The position numbers and the translations under genes are program-made. The notes under the pieces are model-generated. The model was not told where the DNA came from and did no database searches. It worked only from the letters and a program-made list of their open reading frames with translations. A DNA stretch of 24,887 nt from assembly GCA_002269645.1 (NCBI GenBank), contig NIVC01002141.1:1-24887 (forward strand). Reading direction: 5' to 3'. Source of the stretch: Macrostomum lignano. Lineage: Eukaryota. How positions within the stretch are numbered: the first letter of the stretch is position 1; each line of letters begins with the position of its first letter. This document shows positions 10,524-21,500 of this stretch, in pieces.

Positions 10524-10840
10524 TACAGACAAATAGACAGACAGGACACGAAGACAGACAGGACACGAAGACAGACAGGACACGAAGACAGACAGGACAC
10601 GAAGACAGACAGGACACGAAGACAGACAGGACACGAAGACAGACAGGACACGAAGACAGACAGGACACGAAGACAGACAGAAAGACACTAAGCACTAAGA
10701 CACACAGACAGACTTTAAGACATACATATACTAAGGCAGACTGACATACAGACACTAAAACACACAGAAACTAAGACAGAAAGACACTAAGGCAGACAGA
10801 CAGACAGATAGACAGACAGACACTAAGATAGACAGACAGA
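10259..10840. repeat. Compound (GACA)n microsatellite with an embedded 17-bp unit (GACAGACAGGACACGAA, ~8 tandem copies at ~10540-10680)
   Basis: Pure GACA runs at ~10340-10390 and 10437-10520. The 17-nt period is seen at 10544, 10561 and onward. Confidence 0.98.
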
Positions 10841-11655
10841 CAGGCAGACAAACACTAAGGCAGACAAACACACTAAGGCAGACAAACACTAAGGCAGACA
10901 AACACACTAAGGCAGACAAACACTAAGGCAGACAAACACACTAAGGCAGACAAACACTAAGGCAGACAAACACACTAAGGCAGACAAACACTAAGGCAGA
11001 CAAACACACTAAGGCAGACAAACACTAAGGCAGACAAACACTAAGGCAGACAAACACACTAAGGCAGACAAACACTAAGGCAGACAAACACACTAAGGCA
11101 GACAAACACTAAGGCAGACAAACACACTAAGGCAGACAAACACACTAGGCAGACAAACACACTAGGCAGACAAACACTAAGGCAGACAAACACTAAGGCA
11201 GACAAACACACTAAGGCAGACAAACACTAAGGCAGACAAACACACTAAGGCAGACAAACACTAAGGCAGACAAACACACTAAGGCAGACAAACACACTAG
11301 GCAGACAAACACACTAGGCAGACAAACACTAAGGCAGACAAACACTAAGGCAGACAAACACACTAAGGCAGACAAACACTAAGGCAGACAAACACACTAA
11401 GGCAGACAAACACTAAGGCAGACAAACACACTAAGGCAGACAAACACACTAAGGCAGACAAACACACTAGGCAGACAAACACACTAAGGCAGACAAACAC
11501 TAAGGCAGACAAACACTAAGGCAGACAAACACTAAGGCAGACAAACACACTAAGGCAGACAAACACTAAGGCAGACAAACACACTAAGGCAGACAAACAC
11601 TAAGGCAGACAAACACTAAGGCAGACAAACACACTAAGGCAGACAAACACTAAGA
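10841..11655. repeat. Minisatellite of alternating 16/18-bp units GGCAGACAAA(CA)CACTAA with 17-bp variants
   Basis: Read directly from the sequence; ~48 units. The CACACTAGG variant recurs at 11141/11158, 11293/11310 and 11463. Confidence 0.98.
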
Positions 11656-12429
11656 CAGACAGACAGCATGTGGATATGCAGGCAGTCGCACACTGATATG
11701 AGATGAATAGTGGCTCTGACTTTCCTACTTTCATGCCTGAAGGATCAGTCATGTACTGTCATGTACTGTCATGTATTTACACAGTGGGCAGAATCGCATG
11801 ACAAGCTTTAAGGTCCTGAACTCTAACGCCAGAACCCGAAGCCAGTGAAGGTTTGCAAGGAATCAAGCTTTAAAAATAGAAAATCGGGTGTGTTTTCTCC
11901 CGGCTACCCGGCATCGCACAGCAGTTTTCGCTGTCGCTTTGGAAACATGATAACCGTCCGGCGGTTAGCTTACTAATGAGTAGTGAGGAAAGAATCTGAA
12001 GCGATTTTGAATCTTCTTTAGGGTGTAGCATTTTTTCACGTCCAGATTTAAGTGCAATCTACGCTTGAGTTCACAGTTCCGCTGCCAACACAAATACAAG
12101 GCCGAAAAAATATGCAGACCTCACAACAAGGACCACTGCATTGAAGTTACCGTCGTAACTGTTACGGAACTTCTGGTGGTCCTTGGCTCACAACAGGTCC
12201 TACAGGCGCTTTGACGATCGAGACAGATGTAAATTTAGAAACCCTATATTATATACTAACAACAGCATACAATTTTCGCTTTCTGCTTGGATTGCAAATT
12301 AGTTATTAAAGGCCATTCATGTTTATTGTGACTTGAATTTATTACAACAGTAAAAAAAAGTACGCGAAGACAGGTTGTCATGCTAGTTTCCATGTAAACT
12401 GTTCACTGTCCAACAGGCTCAGGTGTACA

Positions 12430-13509
12430 TTAGCACCGGAGGATCGCCTTAAAGTGCTGCCTGAACGACTTTATCTGCCTGAACACGATGATGATAGTCA
12501 GGGTGCCAGTCCACTGCAGCATCAGGTCGCTGATGTCGTGCAGGTTGATAAGGAACCGTGTCTCCACGGGCGCATCCGGGTTCTCCATGGAGTTGTACAG
12601 GCCGCGAATGCCGATAATCTTGGGGATGCAGGTCAGGAAGTACACCAGGTTGATCAGCACGATGGAGAGCGAGGCGGAGGTCTCCTCGCGGCTCAGCTGT
12701 GGCCGGCGTGGCTGCGGCCAGCCGCCCGGATTCACAACGCGCCTGCGCTGCCGAGTGATGCTCACGATGCGGCAGGTGATCAAGACATTGACGGCCAGGG
12801 CGGGCGCGATAAGCAGAATGGAGGTGTCGCCAGCCACCAGCAGGCGGTAGACCATGGCCGCGTAGTAGCTGGCAGACTTGGGCTTGAACACGATGCCGCA
12901 CAGGATGGAGGAGTTGTAGCCGCGCATCGGGACCGCCGTGTGGCCCATGATGACCACCATCGGCAGCGAGACCAGGATGGCCGCGGCCACGCTGGCCAGG
13001 ACCCCCACGAAGGCGTGGTTCCGGGTCAGTCGGTGCGCCCACAGCGGCCAGTGGACAGTCAGACAGCGGTCGATGGCGCCAGCCAGCAGCACAATGATGA
13101 CGCACACGGCGCTGAATGCCTGGACAAAGCGCGCCGCTTTGCAGACGCCGTCGCTGTCGTTCATCAGCAAGTAGCCAGCACTGCCCCGAGTCATGAACGG
13201 GACGCCCCTGGCCGGGAAGACCCAGGCGAAGCCCCACACCAAGGACTGGACGGTGTCGCACAGGCAGAAGGCGCAGAGGTAGACGCTGAAGCGGCTCTCA
13301 AGCCGCAGGCGCACGATGCAGACGTAGATGACGAGGCAGTTGCTGACCAGGCACAGGCCGAACATCAGCGGCAGGCCGTAGGCGGACAGGACGCCCAGCA
13401 TGGTGGCCAGAGCGCACTGCGCGCTGCTCTGGTCGGCTCGACACTCAACCAGCAGGTCCTCCTTCGTGTCCACAAACTGCTGGTTGCTGGCGTAATTTTC
13501 AGTTGTCAT
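12430..13509 (-). CDS. Intronless class-A (rhodopsin-like) orphan peptide-type GPCR, 359 aa
   Basis: Seven hydrophobic segments. TM1 SNCLVIYV (GN-type Asn), TM2 YLCAFCLCD, TM3 Cys (GVCKAARF) and DRC in place of DRY, TM4-ECL2 Pro/Cys (SLPMV..ILCG), TM5 IAPALAVNVLI, TM6 YFLTCIPK. Strong GC3 bias; ATG to TAA is complete. Confidence 0.9.
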   Translation of the reverse strand: MTTENYASNQQFVDTKEDLLVECRADQSSAQCALATMLGVLSAYGLPLMFGLCLVSNCLVIYVCIVRLRLESRFSVYLCAFCLCDTVQSLVWGFAWVFPARGVPFMTRGSAGYLLMNDSDGVCKAARFVQAFSAVCVIIVLLAGAIDRCLTVHWPLWAHRLTRNHAFVGVLASVAAAILVSLPMVVIMGHTAVPMRGYNSSILCGIVFKPKSASYYAAMVYRLLVAGDTSILLIAPALAVNVLITCRIVSITRQRRRVVNPGGWPQPRRPQLSREETSASLSIVLINLVYFLTCIPKIIGIRGLYNSMENPDAPVETRFLINLHDISDLMLQWTGTLTIIIVFRQIKSFRQHFKAILRC

Positions 13510-14439
13510 GACAACATGCAGTTGGGACTACGCAGAGAGACTATATCGATAGTTGCTACCTAGTTTGAAGGCCACAAGAAACCACAAGGAAGCGTGGCCG
13601 CTCACAGGTGGGTGGAGTAGGCAGGTAAGTCAGCAGGCTAATATTGAAGGCGTTGCTGGGCAGCCGATAAAGATAACAGATAACAGCCGCGCTGTTTTTC
13701 CAGCAGTCAGGCACGTCCCGTAGGGTCAAGTCAGATAGCCGTGGGCTTTTAGAGGCAGAATCTGGATGGGAAACTGACCAATGAGGAGGCTGATGGGGGG
13801 CTACTTTTGGTATTCATGACTTAAAAATATGAATTTTATAAATGTGGTTTCTTTAAAAAATTCTTACGAGAATGATTAGTGCTGTTGGTGTTCTCATTTC
13901 GCACCTACAGCAAGTCTATCGATACAAGCGTATAGTCGCAACCCCTCTCGATGCTTTGATCATAAGATAGCAACAACTGCTAACTACTTTTGTTTATCTT
14001 TGAGCACTTGTGTAGGCCAGGAAAATGGGTGCTATACCCAGCCCAGCCAGCAATTTCCACTCCTGCAGTTTCTTTATCTAGAGCTCCATGTGAAAGCAGA
14101 CCATTGCGGCAGTAAGCAATAGGCATTTCGAATGAGCAAAAATAAATGCTCCGTCAGTGCAAAAGATCCGGAAGCACGTTTGACCTCTATTTGATACGGC
14201 ACAAAGTGATTTAAGTGCTTGGAGTGCCTCATGCAGTTGCTATGGCAGCGCAGGCTTTATTATTCTAAACACTCAAGTCTGCACGACGTGTAGGAAGAAC
14301 GCGGCCTTGTCTCTGATGCATGTTGACGCATTGTTGATCTTTGCAGCTCCCCCCAAACCATTTCAAGTTTTGAGGACACAGTCAGCTTTGAATTTTCTAA
14401 AAGTAGGTCACTGAATGGGGCACAACTCGGTGGGTCTGC

Positions 14440-14485
14440 TTAGTGACCAGATTGCACACTGATTAGTGACCAGATTGCACACTGA
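14440..14485. repeat. Two perfect orphan copies of the 23-bp unit TTAGTGACCAGATTGCACACTGA
   Basis: Identical to the consensus of the array at 15032-15931 and separated from it by 546 bp of non-repetitive DNA. Confidence 0.97.
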
Positions 14486-15031
14486 AGGTGCCGACGGCGT
14501 CGGGGTGATGGCTGAATGTTAGACTGACTAGCTGAGGATGTCCAGCAGTTGATTTTTGCCGACTGTCGAGGCTTGATCAGCGAAAATAGAGAAATCCGCA
14601 TCAGGGTGTCCATAGTCACCTGGTGCCACAGCTGTTGAGGGTCCAGAAGCTCCACCTGGGTAAAGGCTAGGGACCAACGAAGTCAGAACTGATGCGGACA
14701 CATGTGGTCGATGTTCTGATGAAATTTGGAGACTTGGCAAGGCCGCACTGAGGCGCAGTGCTAATTGGCGCACAGGGGTGTACTGATGGGAATATGGGGA
14801 AAAATCCGACCTTCTGGCAGAATCGTCGAATATCTCGACGGTCCGGAGGGCTGGCGACTTGATTCTTGTTTGAGAAGGTGCGCAACAAAAAGTTAGCCCG
14901 TGTTCTTGAATTTCGTGTGCCTGCGTTGCTCCGTTCTGGCGCAGCAAAAAAATTGTCAGGGGGGGGGGCAATTTCCCCCTTCCCCTATTTGGTAGTTCGA
15001 CGGGCGGAAAAATGGCTTGGCATTGCTACTG

Positions 15032-15931
15032 TTAGTGACCATGACCAGAATTGCACACTGATTAGTGACCAGATTGCACTGATTAGTGACCAGATTGCAC
15101 AGTGATTAGTGACCAGATTGCACTGATTAGTGACCAGAATTGCACACTGATTAGTGACCAGATTACACTGATTAGTGACCAGATTGCACACTGATTAGTG
15201 ACCAGATTGCACTGATTAGTGACCAGATTGCACAGTGATTAGTGACCAGATTGCACTGATTAGTGACCAGAATTGCACACTGATTAGTGACCAGATTACA
15301 CTGATTAGTGACCAGATTGCACACTGATTAGTGACCAGATTGCACAGTGATTAGTGACCACATTGCACACTGATTAGTGACCAGAATTGCACACTGATTA
15401 GTGACCAGATTGCACTGATTAGTGACCAGAATTGCACACTGATTAGTGACCAGATTACACTGATTAGTGACCAGATTGCACACTGATTAGTGACCAGATT
15501 GCACAGTGATTAGTGACCAGATTGCACACTGATTAGTGACCAGATTGCACACTGATTAGTGACCAGAATTGCACACTGATTAGTGACCAGATTGCACTGA
15601 TTAGTGACCAGATTGCACACTGATTAGTGACCAGATTACACTGATTAGTGACCAGATTGCACACTGATTAGTGACCAGATTGCACAGTGATTAGTGACCA
15701 GATTGCACACTGATTAGTGACCAAATTGCACTGATTAGTGACCAGATTGCACAGTGATTAGTGACCAGATTGCACACTGATTAGTGACCAAATTGCACTG
15801 ATTAGTGACCAGATTGCACAGTGATTAGTGACCAAATTGCACACTGATTAGTGACCAGATTGCTTACTGATTAGTGCCCAGATTGCACACTGATCTGTGA
15901 CCAGATTGCACACTGATTAGTGACCAGAATT
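15032..15931. repeat. 21-24-bp minisatellite, ~40 copies, consensus TTAGTGACCAGATTGCACACTGA
   Basis: Read directly from the sequence; length variants arise from CA indels and an extra A. Confidence 0.99.
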
Positions 15932-16111
15932 TCAAAACGATGGCTAAACGTCATTCCTTCCAACTCGATCCCCAAAGCAACTGACACAAAAAACATTTTC
16001 CTAGCGGGAATTAACGCTTACGCACAAGTGCAACATTTCCTTAGCGCGGATTGCTCCATCGGGGAATTGTTGCAGTGAAATATACTGTGCATTAGTAACG
16101 AATTTATACAC

Positions 16112-16128
16112 TATATATATATATATAT
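16112..16128. repeat. (TA)n microsatellite
   Basis: tatatatatatatatat. Confidence 0.9.
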
Positions 16129-16667
16129 TTAAATAAATTATGTCATTATCCATGATGATGCGGGCAGCAGTGAATGTACACCGCAGGCGGAGGCGAGACA
16201 GTCAGAGCGCAAAATTCAAATTTCAATCGGACCAACTCCACTTGATGCGCTGTAGACAGATAGACAGACAGCTGTAACAACAGCAGCAGACAGTGCGCAA
16301 GCATCCTGGCATGTTGATTAATAAAGCGCGGCACACACGTCAAAGCAGACAAAAAAATAAAGTCAGCTAAAAATACACGACAGTTATTTGCGCAATTTCT
16401 ATAACCTCTGTTCTCTCGACTCTCTGTACCGTTTGTCAGAGTAAAACATTTCCAAATTTGCGCTGTTGCAATTCACTGCATATAGTCTGTTTGTCTTGAA
16501 CGCTCACACAGGGTGTACAGCCGCCCTGACTTTCTAATCCTTCGGGCATGTACACTCTCCGTGGCTTGCAATCGCCCGAGAACCCCTTAGCCAATTTTTG
16601 TGCACACAAGATCCAAATGAATGCGCCTTCGACCACGGCACCGAAGCAGGGGATTGTGCGTTTACAA

Positions 16668-18098
16668 AACTAGGGAATGGGGGACACTAGGGGATGGGGA
16701 ACACCAGGGGTGGGGGACACTAGGGGATGGGGGACACTAGGGGAAGGGGAACACCAGGGGGTGGGGGACACTAGGGAATGGGGGACACTAGGGGAAGGGG
16801 AACACCAGGGGATGGGGAACACTAGGGAATGGGGGACACTAGGGGATGGGGAACACTAGGGGATGGGGGACACTAGGGGATGGGGAACACCAGGGGGTGG
16901 GGGACACTAGGGAATGGGGGACACTAGGGGATGGGGGACACTAGGGGATGGGGGACACTAGGGGAAGGGGAACACCAGGGGATGGGGAACACTAGGGAAT
17001 GGGGGACACTAGGGGATGGGGAACACTAGGGGATGGGAAACACCAGGGGATGGGGAACACTAGGGGATGGGGAACACTAGGGGATAGGAAACACCAGGGG
17101 ATGGGGAACACTAGGGAATGGGGAACACTAGGGGATGGGGAACACTAGGGGATGGGAAACACCAGGGGATGGGGAACACTAGGGGATGGGAAACACCAGG
17201 GGATGGGGAACACTAGGGAATGGGGAACACTAGGGGATGGGAAACACCAGGGGATGGGGAACACCAGGGGATGGGGAACACCAGGGGATGGGGAAAACTC
17301 GGGGATGGGGAACACTCGGGATGGGGACACTAGGGAAAGGGGAACACAAGGGGATGGGGGACACTAGGGGATGGGGACACTAGGGGATGGGGACACTAGG
17401 GGATGGGGACACTAGGGGATGGGGAACACTAGGGGAAGGGGGACACTAGAGGGTGGGGGACACTAGGGGATGGGGGACACTAGGGAATGGGGAACACTAG
17501 GGGAAGGGGGACACTAGGGGATGGGGACACTAGGGAATGGGGAACACTAGGGAAAGGGGACACTAGGGGTGGGGAACACTAGGGGATGGGGAACACTAGG
17601 GGAAGGGGGACACTAGAGGGTGGGGACACTAGGGGATGGGGGACACTCGAGGGTGGGGAACACTAGGGGATGGGGGACACTAGGGGAAGGGGACACTAGG
17701 GGATGGGGACACTAGGGGAACACTAGGGGAACACTAGGGGATGGGGACACTAGGGGATGGGGACACTAGGGGAACACTAGGGGAACACTAGGGGAAGGGG
17801 AACACTGGGGACACTAGGGGATGGGGACACTAGGGGAAGGGGAACACAAGGGGATGGGGATACTAGGGGATGGGGAACACTAGGGGATGGGGATACTAGG
17901 GATGGGGACACTAGGGGATGGGGAACACCAGGGGATGGGGGACACTAGGGGATGGGGGACACTAGGGGGAAGGGGAACACAAGGGGATGGGGGACACTAG
18001 GGGAAGGGGAACACCAGGGGATGGGGGACACTAGGGGATGGGGGACACTAGGGGAAGGGGAACACAAGGGGGTGGGGACACTAGGGGAAGGGGAACAC
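16668..18098. repeat. G-rich 17-20-bp minisatellite (GGGGAACACTAGGGGAT-like), roughly 75 units, with G-quadruplex potential
   Basis: Continuous G4-G5 runs separated by 1-7 nt over ~1.4 kb on the + strand. Confidence 0.98.
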
Positions 18099-18441
18099 CC
18101 CTCCCCATGCACAGTCTCATTGTGGAGCAAATTTGAAAATGACTTTATCTAACAAATGATACTTGACAGCAAACACTTACTGCATGCCGCAGATTAAAAG
18201 TAGCAGAGAGCAAAAAACAAACAAAAAGCCAAGAAACGGAGCAAAAGAAAAAAAGCATTATTGGACAAAAACTTCGACGGAGATGCAAATTAACAGGAAA
18301 TTAGATTTCTACAATTATAGCAAGCGCAGATGGGAAAAAGCTACCACAGAACCGCAAGTTTAAAGCAAAATGGATAACGCACAAACGCACAAACACGATG
18401 CACTGTTAATATCGAGACAATCTGCAGGTGGGGCTGGATTA

Positions 18442-18526
18442 TCATTTCTTCTTGCTCAGAGCGATGGTGCCGATGTCCAGCCGCACCTTCTGCCGCTCCT
18501 TCGGCGCCTCAACGTTCATCACGAAG
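18442..18526 (-). CDS. FAM193: FAM193 last coding exon (S)FVMNVEAPKERQKVRLDIGTIALSKKK*
   Basis: Acceptor TTCCGACCTCGCAG| at 18527. AG+C forms a Ser codon, followed by stop TGA and a U-rich putative 3' UTR. Confidence 0.8.
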
Positions 18527-21500
18527 CTGCGAGGTCGGAATTTTGATTTTCCAGCTGCTGAGCACCAAACAGCAAATTATGAATAGTGAAATCACTGTTT
18601 CACTTACCTTTTGAACTGCTCCACAACTGGGTCCACCTCTTCTCCCTCGCAGCTGCCAAGGCGCGGTTTGAATACTTCCTCTGCCACAGGGGTAAGCAAA
18701 TGCACTGCTGTTTGTCATGGGATTAATGATAATGAAGTACGCAAATCTAATTCCTACCTGCACCCAGTCCACCTGTACCCAGCCTCCCTGCACCCAGCCT
18801 CCCTGCACCCAGTCCACCTGCACCCAGCCTCTCTGCACCCAGCCTCCCCTGCATCCAGCATCTCACAAAAATCTAAGCCCTGCACCCAAATGCCCCAACC
18901 CTTCACCCAAATGTCCCAACCCTGCACCCAAATGCCCCAACCCTGCACCCAAATGTCCTAACCCTGCACCCAAATGCCCCAACCCTGCACCCAAATGTCC
19001 TAACCCTGCACCTAAATGTCCCAACCCTGCACCCAAATGTTCCGACCCTGCACCCAAATGAAATGCCCCAACCCTGCACCCAAATGCCCCAACCCTGCAC
19101 CCAAATGTTCCGACCCTGCACCCAAATGAAATGCCCCAACCCTGCACCCAAATGCCCCAACCCTGCACCCAAATGTCCCAACCCTGCACCCAAATGTCCC
19201 AATCCTGCACCCAAATGTCCCAACCCTGCACTCAAATGTCCCAACCCTGCACTCACCAATATCTTCTCTAGCGGGTCCGTTTCTACTGCCAGTTGCTGTC
19301 TGTCGATGCTGCTGCTGCTGATGTTGTCTCTGTTGCTGCGGCTGCTTGCCGCGATGCTGGTAGCCCAGCTGATGGCGCTGCTGGGGTCTGAATTGCAGTG
19401 GCTGCTGCTGCTGCTGCTGCTGCTGCTGCAGCTGCTGCTGCATTGAACCGCCTATTGCCGCTGGTGACGGTGCAAAGTTCTTGGTTCTACCAAAGCTGTA
19501 CACATGCTGCTGTTGCTGTTGCCTTGTCTGCTGGTGCGCCTGCTGCCGACTCGAGCTGACTATGGTGCGGGTCTGCCTGACCTGCCTGGAATATTGCTGC
19601 TGCTGCTGCTGAGGAGGATGGTTACTGAAGTACTGCTGATGCGGCTGCTGCTGGTAGTGCTGGTAGCTATTGCTCTGGTGCCGACTCTTGGCTCCAATGG
19701 CTCCGTTAGCAACGGTTGCTAGGGGCTGCTGCTGCTGCTGCTGCTGCTGATTTGCACCGATTGGCGGAGCTGCGGCGGAGGCGGCGGGGTGGGCAAAGCC
19801 GCGAGGCCTCGCGCCGATGGAGCAGCCGTACTTGCTGCTGCCGTTGCTGCTGGGAGCTGCAGGCTTGCGTGATGGCTGGCTGGCCGCCTCCTGCCGCTGC
19901 TGACTGGAGGCCGCCGCCGCAGACTTGGGCGCCTCTGCCGGCTGCTCCGGCACCGCCTTGGACCGCGGGGTCTCCACTGGAACGTCGGCGCTAGGCGCCG
20001 GAGATTCGGCCGCCTCATCGACATCCGCAGCCTCCAGACAGTTCGAGGATTTCGCATTCGGCTTCTTAGCGGCCGCCTTTTTGGCCTTCTGCCTGGCCTT
20101 CTTGGCCTCCCGCTTGGCCGCCGTAGAGGTCGCCGGCTCGCCCTCGATGAACTTCACCAGCTCGTCGATGTCGCCGCCTTCGGCCGCCGGCTGCGGCTGC
20201 TGCTGCGCGGCCTCTTGCCGCTGCTGCTGCAGCTCCTTCTTGCGCTTTAGCTTCTGCCGCAGCTGCTCGCGCTTCTCGTAGAATTTCGGCGGCACGGCCG
20301 GTTGCTGGCCAGCCGGGGTGCCGCCCGCGTGCCCGAACACCTCGCAGTAGCAGCAGTCGCAGAACTTCGAATTCGGCGATGTTGACAACGGCGTGATTGC
20401 GCCGACCTCTAAAGACCGCGACCCGCCCGAAGGCGACAGAGAAACTCCGCGACGCCCACCGCCACCGTCGCCGCGACTGGAGGCGACATTCGCTGCCGCC
20501 GACTCGATGACCGCCGAGGCCACCGAAGCCGCGGCGGCGTTGCGCGACTCTGCGCCGCTGCCTTCGCCATCGCCGCTGCCGCCACCGCGCCTCAACCGGC
20601 GTCTCTGCCGCGCCCGCCCGCGCTGGTCGGCCATGACAGCGGCGGCGGCGGCCTCGAAATTCGACCCGGATCGCGACGAACCCGTAGACGAAGAAGTGGA
20701 GTAGAAGGACGAGTCGGATAGCGACAGCCGGTCAGGCGAATCGGCCGGAGACGACGACGCCGAGGAGCCGCCGGACGCCGAGTCCGCGCCGCTGCCGCAG
20801 CGACAGGAGCCCCGCGAGCCGGCGGAGCAGCCGCGCTGCTGCTCCCGCTGCTCCTGCTGCCGCCGCCTGCGCCTCCGCCTTTGCCGCCGCTCCGCTTCGA
20901 CCTCGGCTTCGAGATCCTCAGCGTCGACGAAGCCGGGCCGCATGCCGCAGGTCACGTAGTGAGAGAATGAGCACACCGAGCAGGCGCACAGGGTGCGACG
21001 GCACTTCATGCATGTGTACGAGGACGCCGCCGTGCCATCCAAGCCGCTGGTTGACGCAGTAGATGAGGCTGAAGATGCTGCCGCTGCTGGCGACTGGCTG
21101 CCGCCGGCCGGACTGGCGCCGTTTAACTGACCGCCTGATGGAGGGGGAGAGAGCGAGGGTTCAGTAGTGGGACAGTAGGGTCTTCTGGTGGTAGATCAGT
21201 AGCATCAGATGGAATATCAAAGTAGTTAAGATTTTTAGGACACATGGATCAGATCAGAGCAGTCAGTGGGATCAGAGTAGTCAGTGGGATCAGACCAGTG
21301 GGACCAGAGGTCGGTGGCAGCTCACCCTGGCTGACGTGCATCTTATACAGCTGGCGCATGAGAGACTCGTCGGACAGCAGGTCCTCGGCCAGGCCAAGGC
21401 AGGCGGCAGCGGTGGGCGGCGGACAGTTCCTCTCCTGCCAGGTGTCAAGCAGCTGCTGTGCCTTGCGCCACCGCTTGGCCACCTCAGACATCGCCGAGTC

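Noticed and set aside
10114-10755. RQTD / SVCL-rich ORFs
   Set aside because: They are translations of (GACA)n.
12454-13563. 369-aa + strand ORF and 270-aa alternative-frame ORF over the GPCR
   Set aside because: The + strand ORF is the in-register antisense shadow: high GC3 removes TTA/CTA/TCA codons and hence antisense stops. Neither ORF has recognisable domains.
16146-16636. 66-68 aa minus-strand ORFs between the arrays
   Set aside because: There is no homology cue or codon bias, and their length is expected by chance.
16668-18098. Telomeric or interstitial telomere repeat
   Set aside because: CTAGGG/TTAGGG words occur only once per 17-24-bp unit, not as tandem hexamers.
19012-19256. 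C-terminal CRVGTFG repeats of the 676-aa ORF
   Set aside because: This is read-through into the intron-3 minisatellite past a canonical G|GTGAGT donor; the conserved FAM193 C-terminus resumes at 18680.
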